DNA from: Bacilli bacterium
Lineage (GTDB): Bacteria > Bacillota_I > Bacilli_A > RFN20 > CAG-826
Direction: 5' to 3'
Length of the DNA: 62,056 nucleotides
Assembly: GCA_017635565.1 (NCBI GenBank)
Contig: JAGBLE010000013.1
Location: forward strand, 1 to 62,056
The translations under genes were made by a program, and so were the position numbers. Shown here one piece after another: positions 49,881 through 59,411 of the stretch. How positions within the stretch are numbered: the stretch's first letter is position 1; every line of letters starts with the position of its first letter. The notes beneath the pieces are model-generated. The model was given only the letters and a program-made list of their open reading frames with translations, made no database searches and was not told the origin of the DNA.

Positions 49881-49915
49881 AAAAAGGTGATGTGCATCAG
49901 TTCATATCACCTTTT
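49881..49915. terminator. Bidirectional terminator after the Na/Pi cotransporter
   Basis: AAAAGGTGATGTG-N8-CATATCACCTTTT. Confidence 0.8.
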
Positions 49916-49920
49916 ATTAT

Positions 49921-51567
49921 TTAAAGAGCTTTACTAATTTGATCTCCAGTTGGGTTTTGAGAAGAGAAGCCAATATTAACGATGTGGTCTCCCACTCTTT
50001 CAAGAGATGAGATAATCACGGTGTAAAATGCGCCTAATTCAATCGTACAGTTATTTTGTGATAATCTTTCAAAGTGTTTTGCGGAGAACTCTTCTTTATA
50101 AGCATCGGTTTTTTCTTCTAAAAGATTAAGTTCATCAAGTTTTTCTTGATTTGGATTTTCGAATAATTCAATCGCTAAAGAATACATCTTTTCGATTGTG
50201 TCCACCATCATTCTAAGTTCATTTCTTGCTTCTGAAGAAAAATGCAATTCATCATTTTTCATTTTTAATGAGTCATCAGCGAAGTTTTTCGCATAGTCTC
50301 CAATTCTTTCAATATCATTTACAACATGGAAATAACTACCAAGAATTTTTTCATCTTTTTCACCAAGCAAAGGTGAAAGCTTAATTAAAAATTTAGTGAT
50401 AACGTTATTCATATAATCGATTTCATCTTCATGAACGCCAATTTCTTTAATGTTATCCCCTTTTTGAGAATATAATTCATCAATTCCTTTTTTAAAGTTT
50501 TCTTGGGCAAGTAACGCCATGTTTAATATTTCTTTCTTTACTTGTTCCATTGCAATTGATGGGGTTTGTAATAATCTTTCATCAATATATTTGATAACAT
50601 GTTCTCTTTCATCTTTTTTATCTTTGATAACTATTTCAGCAATTCTCACTAAATATTTAATGAAAGGAATAAGTATTAATGTCGTTGAAACATTAAATGC
50701 GATATGGAAAATTGCGATTTCAATCGCATAGTTATTACCAAAAGCGTTATTTAAAAAATTAACGATTGGGGTTTTAAAAATCCAAACAAATGTTGTGAAT
50801 ATAGTAACTCCAATAACATTAAACAATAAGTGAATTAAGCCGGTTCTTTTTGCATTTGCACTAGTGCCAATCGTAGCAATTAAAGCTGTAATACAAGTTC
50901 CAATATTTGCTCCTAGAATAATAAATAATCCACTTTCAAAAGGCATTGCCCCACTTGACACCATAACAATAACTAAACCAGTCATCGCGCTTGAAGACTG
51001 CATTATCGCGGTAAAAACAATGCCTAAAAGTAATAAGAGTAAAGGAAAATCAATTCCAGAGAAAATATTCTGTATTGCTTCTTTAATTTCGTTGTTGTTA
51101 AAAGAAGCGCTCATTAAATCAAGGCCAATAAAAATTAAGCCAAGACCACAAATAATTCCACCTATATTTTTGACTTTGTCATTTTTGAAAAATTGCATCA
51201 TTACACCAATAAAGGCTAATACTGATGCATATATTCCAACATCAAAGCTTGATAATGAGACTAATAAGCCAGTAACGGTCGTACCAATGTTAGCGCCCAT
51301 AATGACTGATGTCGCTTGGAAGAGAGTCATCGTTCCAATATTAACAAAACCAATCGTCATCACGGTTGTAGCGGCACTTGATTGAATGATTCCAGTAACA
51401 AGAGCACCAATACCAACGCCTAAAAAACGATTCTTTGTAATCTTGCCAATTAATCTTTTCATTCCTGGGCCAGCAACTTTTTGCAAAGAATGAGAAAGCA
51501 TATTCATTCCAACAATAAAGACACCAACTCCAGCAAGTAACGCCAAAATGCTATTAAATATGACCAT
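49921..51567 (-). CDS. Na+/Pi cotransporter with C-terminal PhoU-like domains
   Basis: QSSAAT/QSSSA and GANIGT repeats; DIERIGD and LERVGDH PhoU motifs; start moved to ATG 51567. Confidence 0.93.
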   Translation of the reverse strand: MVIFNSILALLAGVGVFIVGMNMLSHSLQKVAGPGMKRLIGKITKNRFLGVGIGALVTGIIQSSAATTVMTIGFVNIGTMTLFQATSVIMGANIGTTVTGLLVSLSSFDVGIYASVLAFIGVMMQFFKNDKVKNIGGIICGLGLIFIGLDLMSASFNNNEIKEAIQNIFSGIDFPLLLLLLGIVFTAIMQSSSAMTGLVIVMVSSGAMPFESGLFIILGANIGTCITALIATIGTSANAKRTGLIHLLFNVIGVTIFTTFVWIFKTPIVNFLNNAFGNNYAIEIAIFHIAFNVSTTLILIPFIKYLVRIAEIVIKDKKDEREHVIKYIDERLLQTPSIAMEQVKKEILNMALLAQENFKKGIDELYSQKGDNIKEIGVHEDEIDYMNNVITKFLIKLSPLLGEKDEKILGSYFHVVNDIERIGDYAKNFADDSLKMKNDELHFSSEARNELRMMVDTIEKMYSLAIELFENPNQEKLDELNLLEEKTDAYKEEFSAKHFERLSQNNCTIELGAFYTVIISSLERVGDHIVNIGFSSQNPTGDQISKAL

Positions 51568-51718
51568 TGCTAATCCCTTTCTCACCTAATCTAAGTTTTA
51601 TAACCTAGACTTTTAGCTTAGTGATTTAAATAAGATTTATTCACTAAACTTATTTTATGCTAACAAAATTAATTTTTGATAACAATAACCTTGGTGGATT
51701 TTAGCATAATTTTTCTCA

Positions 51719-53323
51719 TTATTTGATTCTTTCTGTGGTTTCTTTATCAAAGAAATAAAGTATGTCTTTATTGATGTTAAATGTTATCTCTGCTTCACTT
51801 TTTGGTTTGGTTTTTGTTGAAGATTTAAGAAGCAATCTTTGACCATTTAAATAAGTATAGATAACCAATTCATATCCTAATAATTCAACATAATCACAGG
51901 TAGAAGAGATGTCATTAGATAAATCTTCGTTTGTCGCTTCACCCTTAAGATAAATATTTTCTGGTCTAATACCTAAAACAACTTCTCCTTCATGATTTTC
52001 TAATAACTTTTGTTGTTCTTTAGTTAGATCAATCTTAATTTCTTTTTCACCAGGTATAACAAAATATCCATTTTCATATTTACCATCGAGGAAATTCATA
52101 CTTGGAGAACCGATAAATCCACCGACAAACATATTGACAGGATTGTCATATACTTCTGTTGGTGTTCCGATTTGTTGAACATATCCATCTTTCATAATGA
52201 CGATACGGTCCGCCATTGTCATCGCTTCAGTTTGGTCATGAGTAACATAAATTGTTGTCGCTCCAACTCTTTCGTGTATTTTAATGATTTCGCTTCTGGT
52301 TTGAACTCTTAATTTTGCATCCAAGTTACTTAAAGGTTCATCCATTAGGAAGACCTTTGGATGTCTAACAATTGCTCTACCAAGGGCTACTCTTTGACGT
52401 TGGCCACCACTTAATGCAGCAGGTTTTCTAAATAAGAACCTCTCTAAATCTAATATCTTAGATGCTTTATAAACTTCTAAATCAATTTCATAAGCACTAT
52501 ATTTGCGATATTTAGTCAAAGGCACTTCATTATTTTTGAGATATTCTAATTCTTTTTCTAAGTTCTGAATTTGGTTTTCTTTTTGAGAAACGCTATCTTC
52601 AAAAATCTTTATCGCCAATTCTAATTTCTCAATATATTTCTTTTCTTTTTCAGCTTTTTTCTCATCAGCTTCATTACTGAGTTCAACTTTTGTTTTTTCT
52701 AATTCATCTTTATATAAAGCAAGTTCTTTATTGTTTTTTTGAACTTGATTAGATATTTTTTTGATTTCATTTTCGTGTTCTTTAATATCTAGTTCATTAA
52801 TTCCAATCTTTTGTTTATATAGTTGTTTAATTTTTTCTTCGTTAGCGAATATTTCTTGATAGATTTGATCTCTTTCTAGTAGCAAATCCTTAGCTTCGTT
52901 TTTCTTACTTATTTGGCGATTAAGCTTTTTAATTTGTCTTAAAAGTTCGTAATTCTTTTTTCTGATTTCATCAATTTCTGGATTTTCTTCGTAAATTGGG
53001 AATTTGACTTTTCTTAATTTCAAAGCAAACGCCATATTTTGATAGACAGTCATATGAGGATAAAGAGCGTAGCTTTGGAAAACCATCGCGATATCACGGT
53101 CTTTAGGAGCGACATTATTAACAAATAAGCCATCAATTAATAATTGACCACTTGTAATATCTTCAAGTCCTGCCACCATTCTTAATGTTGTGGATTTACC
53201 ACATCCAGAAGGTCCAACAAAAACAATGAATTCTTTGTCTTTAACTTCTAAATTGAAATTAAATACTGCTTGAACACCATTTGGATAAATTTTATTGATA
53301 TCCTTAAATAAGAGATTTGCCAT
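51719..53323 (-). CDS. Sugar ABC transporter ATPase (MsmX/UgpC-like) with a large coiled-coil insertion
   Basis: GPSGCGKS, MVFQSYALYPHM, LSGGQRQR, DEPLSNLDAKLR and TOBE tail. Confidence 0.93.
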   Translation of the reverse strand: MANLLFKDINKIYPNGVQAVFNFNLEVKDKEFIVFVGPSGCGKSTTLRMVAGLEDITSGQLLIDGLFVNNVAPKDRDIAMVFQSYALYPHMTVYQNMAFALKLRKVKFPIYEENPEIDEIRKKNYELLRQIKKLNRQISKKNEAKDLLLERDQIYQEIFANEEKIKQLYKQKIGINELDIKEHENEIKKISNQVQKNNKELALYKDELEKTKVELSNEADEKKAEKEKKYIEKLELAIKIFEDSVSQKENQIQNLEKELEYLKNNEVPLTKYRKYSAYEIDLEVYKASKILDLERFLFRKPAALSGGQRQRVALGRAIVRHPKVFLMDEPLSNLDAKLRVQTRSEIIKIHERVGATTIYVTHDQTEAMTMADRIVIMKDGYVQQIGTPTEVYDNPVNMFVGGFIGSPSMNFLDGKYENGYFVIPGEKEIKIDLTKEQQKLLENHEGEVVLGIRPENIYLKGEATNEDLSNDISSTCDYVELLGYELVIYTYLNGQRLLLKSSTKTKPKSEAEITFNINKDILYFFDKETTERIK

Positions 53324-53334
53324 GAATATTCCTC

Positions 53335-56064
53335 CTAATCGACAAATACCACGAAAGCACTGTCGTAACTTTGTATATTTAATTCTAAAACATTAGAACT
53401 ATTCATATCGATATATTCTCTATTTCCACGATTATAAATATAAGCACCTTGGTGAACATTTTTTGTTGTTAACGTGATACTTGCATCTTCCATATAAAAC
53501 GGTAAGTTATGATTATAATCTGTAATAGAACGATAATCACTAGTAGCAGGAGCACTTCCTGAATTAGTAATCATTAAAGCTTGTTCTTCGTTTCCGTTAT
53601 TGAATAAACCAATTAATAAATCTTGATTTGAATTTATGTTACTTAAGTAATCGGTGTAAGCAACACTGTGTTTGAGGTTTTGGAATAGCATATTCTTTTT
53701 ATCAACATCCAAGATTGATGTACCTTCATATTGATATTCCGAATATATTTTTGATAAATATTTCATCTCAAAATCAACAGATTTAACGTTGTCATATAAA
53801 GTTTGATTAACAATATTTCCATCAGGATCAGCGATTACATTATAATTAGAGGCACTTGAAGCATATATGTAATGGAAATAATTCTTCACTCCATAAGATA
53901 ATCCAACCGATATTTGCCATCTAAGTTCTTTTGCGGTAGGCATGATATATCCTTTTCCACCATCTCCAGAGGAATGTTGACAGCTAAGCAAAGAATACCA
54001 AAGAGGAATATTATTAATTTTTCCTTGATAACTCCATACATCAAAATCACAGAAATACGCTTTTCTAATATCTCCATCATCAAATAGAGGATAAGTATCC
54101 CAAGCATAGGCAGGAGGATTAACTTTTTCAATATATGGTTTGATGTAATAATCTTCATAATCTTCCGCGTTAGCGTCATAATCATCACCATATAGTCCAG
54201 ATAAACTACAAGCGCCAGGGAACATATTGATAAAGAATAACTTATCTTTTGGCATTACTTTGTCATATTGTTCTTTCATTGTTTTTAATTCGTCAAACTT
54301 AGTTGTTTGAGGTTCATCATACATAAAGAAGCCTAAAACTGCTTCATGATTAGCGTAACTTGGACAAGTTCCATCCCATGGAGCGTATTCTCCTTTTTCT
54401 TTATCCCATCCTCGTGGATCAACGATAAATTTAATGCCCAATTCTTTTGCTTTATCTAAAGTATGAATGAAATTATTATGCCAAACAGGATTAACACCAA
54501 CAATAACATTAATACCTGTTTTAGCGATATCTTCTAACGCTTTGTCGTTTTGGAAATGACAATTACCATTCCAGAATCCAATATTTAATCCTTCTAATTC
54601 TTCGTAAGGCGTTATTGGAGTGTCATTATCAACAATTTTCCATTCATATCCATCATATTTAAATGTTGTTTTATAGATATAAACGCCTTTATTATTGTCA
54701 TTTTCACTAGCAAAATAACCAGATAAAGAAATAATGGAATTAATTCTGATGAGACTATTTAAATCCTGATTATCAAATAATATTTCTATCTTATTAGAAG
54801 AAATGTTAATAGCGGCCTTATTAATATCAGCAGCGTATAACCCATCTAACAAAATATTCGCGGATGAAATTGGAAGATAATTATTTTCTTCAATATTAAG
54901 GCCAGGAACTTCGAGATATAAATGTTCAGAATCACTAATTTCCATATAAGAAATCACGTCAGTTTCTCGATTAACGTAATGATAATATTCGCTAGAGACT
55001 CTAAAGAAATTAAATATCGTTTCTTTTAATTTGAAGTGATATTCAACCCCATCAATATTGCCAATGAATTGTCCTTTTACTATTAATAAGTCGCCTTCTT
55101 GAATATCTTTATAATCAATTTCGTATTCAGTCGCGTTCTTTTTAATTAAAGAAATCTTATCTCCGATATAACTTCTAATTTCTTTTCGATAAATGTAAGC
55201 ATCTTTTTTATATTCTTCATTAGAAGTATCTAATTTATATTCACCGATTGGTAAATTATTTTTTTCTAACCCAAAAGTGGCTTTAAATCTGTTTTCGGTA
55301 ATGTTACTAATTTCATAAGCTTCACTGACATCAACATTAACTTCCTTAGAGAAGAATAAATTTGAAATGAATATTTCTCCATCAAAATGATAAATAGAAA
55401 AACTTGTATCTTTTAAATTCTCCACTATTTCTAAATCAATTGTGATGCTATGCCACTTATTATCATTAATCAAATCTAGTTTCTTAGTTTTATCGTTATA
55501 ATTAAACAAAGCATGCATTGATCGATTATCTAAATCACTATTCAAGTCATAATATTGGTAATCAAAAGTCACAAATCTTGTTGTTACTTCTTTTGAGAAA
55601 TTAAAAGTCGAATATCCGTTTCCGTTATTTTCTCTTAACCCTTTTTTGAAGTCATCTAAATTTTCAGTAGACACTCTTAACGCTTTCTTTTCATCAATTT
55701 CGTAATATTTATAATCTGCATCACCAACACCATAAAAATATTCATCCCATTTAATTTGATCAATATAACTGGCATTAGATCTTACATAAGCAATATCTGA
55801 ATTAGTAGCATCTTCAATTTCTTCTTTTTCACTTTTCTGCGCTAATTCATACTTTGAAATATCAACAGGTTCCTTATCGTTTTTATCAAGATAATAATTA
55901 TGACAGTCAGCGCAATAATAAAAGCCAGAAGAATATCCAACTAAATTAATAGTCGGTCTTCTTGCGTAAATATATTGAAATTCGTGATGATGTTCGCCAT
56001 TACCACAGCTTGATAACGCTATTAATAAAATAGGAAAAATACCTAATTTTAAATTCTTTTTCAT
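53335..56064 (-). CDS. Lipoprotein with accessory beta domains and a C-terminal putative glycoside hydrolase TIM barrel
   Basis: Lipobox LSSC; DIAKTGINV, LDKAKELGIK, VLGFFMYDEP, INMFP, WDTYP and ELRWQ...YGVK motifs; within a sugar ABC operon. Confidence 0.65.
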   Translation of the reverse strand: MKKNLKLGIFPILLIALSSCGNGEHHHEFQYIYARRPTINLVGYSSGFYYCADCHNYYLDKNDKEPVDISKYELAQKSEKEEIEDATNSDIAYVRSNASYIDQIKWDEYFYGVGDADYKYYEIDEKKALRVSTENLDDFKKGLRENNGNGYSTFNFSKEVTTRFVTFDYQYYDLNSDLDNRSMHALFNYNDKTKKLDLINDNKWHSITIDLEIVENLKDTSFSIYHFDGEIFISNLFFSKEVNVDVSEAYEISNITENRFKATFGLEKNNLPIGEYKLDTSNEEYKKDAYIYRKEIRSYIGDKISLIKKNATEYEIDYKDIQEGDLLIVKGQFIGNIDGVEYHFKLKETIFNFFRVSSEYYHYVNRETDVISYMEISDSEHLYLEVPGLNIEENNYLPISSANILLDGLYAADINKAAINISSNKIEILFDNQDLNSLIRINSIISLSGYFASENDNNKGVYIYKTTFKYDGYEWKIVDNDTPITPYEELEGLNIGFWNGNCHFQNDKALEDIAKTGINVIVGVNPVWHNNFIHTLDKAKELGIKFIVDPRGWDKEKGEYAPWDGTCPSYANHEAVLGFFMYDEPQTTKFDELKTMKEQYDKVMPKDKLFFINMFPGACSLSGLYGDDYDANAEDYEDYYIKPYIEKVNPPAYAWDTYPLFDDGDIRKAYFCDFDVWSYQGKINNIPLWYSLLSCQHSSGDGGKGYIMPTAKELRWQISVGLSYGVKNYFHYIYASSASNYNVIADPDGNIVNQTLYDNVKSVDFEMKYLSKIYSEYQYEGTSILDVDKKNMLFQNLKHSVAYTDYLSNINSNQDLLIGLFNNGNEEQALMITNSGSAPATSDYRSITDYNHNLPFYMEDASITLTTKNVHQGAYIYNRGNREYIDMNSSNVLELNIQSYDSAFVVFVD

Positions 56065-56176
56065 AAATTAATCTTAAGTCAAAGAAAAAAACATTTATAG
56101 TTTTTTTGTGTGCATATTATAAATATTGCAATATATAGGAATATAGTTCGAAATAGTATAACTATTTCTCCATATT

Positions 56177-56206
56177 AAAAGGAGCGCTATTTGATATAGC
56201 ACCCCT
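56177..56206 (-). terminator. Internal terminator of the carbohydrate locus
   Basis: Minus strand GGGGTGCTAT-atcaa-ATAGCGCTCC followed by TTTT. Confidence 0.75.
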
Positions 56207-56245
56207 CTATAAAACTTTAAGTTTGTCCGCTATAAACGTGATTTT

Positions 56246-57543
56246 TTATTCAGCACGTGCAAGAGTCCAAATTGGATTACCACCATCATCAGTGCCAGTA
56301 ATATTGTAACTGACTGATAATTTGGTTGAAACAACAACAGCGTATCCAGTAGCGTGGCTATAGAAGATACCACTAATTTGGACGATATCGCCAGATTGAA
56401 TTGAACCACCAATTACACTGAGATCAATGGATGAACTACCGAAGTTTACCCACCATCTATCAACGCCTTCTGATGTTTCTTTTCTTAATGCATCAATCCA
56501 GCCATCGTTGGCTTTAGAAATATTATAAGTTGTACCATCTCTAACAACTTGAATGCAGGATGATTTCATTCCTCTAAATTTACCATTGTTAATTGGACCA
56601 TCATCATAAACTGGAATTGTGTCTAAATGTTCAGCGTAGAATTGCAAGCCGGCATTCTTATACCATGGGGTACCACTAACACCATTACCTCCAAATTCAT
56701 AGTCATGTAACTCAACTTTTCCTTTAAATAATAATACATGGTAATTTCCATTGCCTTCATCTGGTGTGAGAATTAAATCAAATGCATCAACATCAAATCT
56801 ACAAACTACCTTAGTAGTGTCATCTTGATCATAACCAATAAATGTAGTCGCATTAAAGTGAATTATATCTCCATCATGGAAGACTTGGGCAAATGAATCA
56901 CTCCAATTGCCGCAGAATAAATATCTAAACCAACCACCACTCAATTCTAATTGATCATTAGAACCATTACATGTGAATAAGTCTTTTGGAAGATCTCCGA
57001 CTGGGTTAATTGTTTCTCCGCCACGAATAAGAGAAATGTCATTTTTATTTGCTAATGTGTAGTTGGCTTTTGGAGCACCACTAACAACGATTTGGAAGTG
57101 GCCATTATGCCAGCTAGCGCAGTCATTAATATGGAATTGAGCTTTGTAATTGAATTGCTCTGAAATGTGACTTCCGTGGAGTAAATCATCTCTTTCTCTT
57201 GTTCCTTGTTCGGTAAGAGTTGCTTCTTTTGTTACTGTCCATTCTGTGTATAAATGAACATCATCTAACGAAGAACTAATATCAAAATTAGTAATTCCTA
57301 AAAAAGCATTTCCACCTTCGTTAGCGTGGGTCGTAACAGTCAAATTTAAATTATATTCATCACCAACATTAAGATTAATATCTTCTTTATCGGTATAAAC
57401 ATTTAAAGAATCTTCAGGGCGATATTGCAATACGTTAACAGCGCATCTTGCGATGTGACTACCAACTTGCACGCTATGGAAGATCCTAGCAATAACGAAG
57501 TAGACAATAAGAATAATCCAATTTTGATTCTTCTATTTTTCAT
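56246..57543 (-). pseudogene. Frameshifted or internally deleted secreted protein (signal peptide from ATG 57543; body in ORF 56246..57472)
   Basis: ATG 2 nt after the permease stop encodes MKNRRIKIGLFLLSTSLLLGS, but that frame stops after 46 codons; the 408-aa body is in another frame. Confidence 0.65.
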
Positions 57544-57545
57544 AA

Positions 57546-58460
57546 CTATCCTTTAATTCCTCCCATAGATACTGATACTCTTAATTTTTTATTAAAGATG
57601 ATAAATACGATAATGATTGGTAAGGCCATAATTAAGGTGGCCGCTAATTGAATTGGAATGTAATTTCCTTCTGGAGAAGCATTTTGGACGAAATCATAAA
57701 TTCCAAATGCTGCCGTTGGATAACTTGGGAAATAAAGCAATGGAACTTGATAATCATTCCAATAAGAAATAAATGAAAGAACAAAAACAGTAACGATTGT
57801 GTTTAATGATTGAGGAATAATGATTTGACCCATTACTCTTAAATTAGATGCTCCATCAACTTTTGCCGCTTCTGTATATTCTTGAGGAATAGAAGAGAAT
57901 TGAGCGTGTAAAATCAAGAAATAAATACTTAAGAAATTAAATCTTAAAATGAATACAGCAGGGATAGAGTCATATATTTTTAAATTGTGGAGCATAGTAA
58001 TTTCACTAGCCATACTACCAACAATTGGTAAAGTCATTGTGATTAAAACAAATGTATAGACAACTTTAGAAAACGCATATTTAAATCTAGCGGTTAAATA
58101 CGCGACAATAACTGGGCATAATGTAAAGGCAAAAGCACTTCCTAAAGCGTAAATGAGAGAATGCATTAATAAATCAGGAATACCATATTCCATCTCAGTT
58201 GTTGTTGTTAAAATCTTCAAATTTTCCCAAGAAAATGCGTAGTTATCAAAAGTATATTTGATTCCGAGATTGAACGCTCTTGAGACACCAAAGAAGTTTG
58301 AATAATCGTTTTTGTCCATGAAAGAGACAACAATTGCCCAAACAATTGGAGTAAATAAACCGATTGTATATATCGCTAGCAAAATAAAGATAGCGACAGT
58401 AGCAAAAGAAGGTTTTTCTTTAAGATGACTTGGCTCAGTATATAATTTAACTTTTTTCAT
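57546..58460 (-). CDS. Carbohydrate ABC transporter permease (MalG-like)
   Basis: IPQEYTEAAKVDGAS EAA motif, WNDY..P, C-terminal GGIKG. Confidence 0.93.
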   Translation of the reverse strand: MKKVKLYTEPSHLKEKPSFATVAIFILLAIYTIGLFTPIVWAIVVSFMDKNDYSNFFGVSRAFNLGIKYTFDNYAFSWENLKILTTTTEMEYGIPDLLMHSLIYALGSAFAFTLCPVIVAYLTARFKYAFSKVVYTFVLITMTLPIVGSMASEITMLHNLKIYDSIPAVFILRFNFLSIYFLILHAQFSSIPQEYTEAAKVDGASNLRVMGQIIIPQSLNTIVTVFVLSFISYWNDYQVPLLYFPSYPTAAFGIYDFVQNASPEGNYIPIQLAATLIMALPIIIVFIIFNKKLRVSVSMGGIKG

Positions 58461-59398
58461 TATGAGGTCACCTTAGAAAGAAGCTTTCTTGCCAATAAAG
58501 TGAGAGGAGCAACAATGGAAGTTGTTAATAAGCCTAAAAATGCTGCGTAACAATACCCAGAAGATCCTGCTCCACCAGAATAAACAATAGAGAACATATA
58601 ATAGCCAAAAGTATATTCAGTATTTTGCATATCTTTTGGTCTAAAGAACGAGAAGAGGTTATTTTGATTTGTAAATATTGAAGCGATTCCAACGATTAAG
58701 AAAGTTCCTACAGTCGCTAAAATGGAAGGCAAAATAATATGGATAAATTCAGTAAAAGAGGTTGTTCCATCTAGCTTTCCGGCTTCAATAATTTCATTTG
58801 GAATTTGATCCATCGCAGCGGTATATATCAAAACTTGTCCACCAAAAGAAATCCAAATTGAGAATATTGTTACTAAAATAAACCTAATATCACTTGTCGC
58901 AAAGTCAGTCGAGAAATAATCTGGCATTTTAATTCCAAAAAGTAAGTCAGCGTAAGCAGGAACTCCACTAGAAACAAACATTTGGAACATAACAACTAAT
59001 AAGATGCCTGGTAATATTGAAGGAATAAATAGGACAAATTTAAATAAGTTAGATAACGTTCTTCTTTTATAAATGTAATAGGAGAATATTGTGGCGAGGA
59101 CTGTTCCCGATAAAGAGGTGAAAATATAAACGAGAATAGAATTTTTAATCATCACCCAAAATTCTTTGGTGTTGATATCGGCGACAAATTTGTTCCAGTT
59201 AGGACCAATATCAAAAATGAATACACCATCAACTGATTTCTGAAACGCCATCAAAATTGATTGGAAGTTAACTCCAAAATAGAAGATAGCAATTTGAACT
59301 AATGGCAAAGCGATTAAGGCAACATAAAAGATAACGTCTCCTTTACGAAGCGGCGTTCGATTCTTACGATTAATCTTTCTTGCTACACTTCTTCTCAT
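58460..59398 (-). CDS. Carbohydrate ABC transporter permease (MalF-like)
   Basis: IPNEIIEAGKLDG EAA motif, IILPSI; about six TMs. Confidence 0.92.
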   Translation of the reverse strand: MRRSVARKINRKNRTPLRKGDVIFYVALIALPLVQIAIFYFGVNFQSILMAFQKSVDGVFIFDIGPNWNKFVADINTKEFWVMIKNSILVYIFTSLSGTVLATIFSYYIYKRRTLSNLFKFVLFIPSILPGILLVVMFQMFVSSGVPAYADLLFGIKMPDYFSTDFATSDIRFILVTIFSIWISFGGQVLIYTAAMDQIPNEIIEAGKLDGTTSFTEFIHIILPSILATVGTFLIVGIASIFTNQNNLFSFFRPKDMQNTEYTFGYYMFSIVYSGGAGSSGYCYAAFLGLLTTSIVAPLTLLARKLLSKVTS

Positions 59399-59411
59399 AA
59401 AAACTTAGAAA

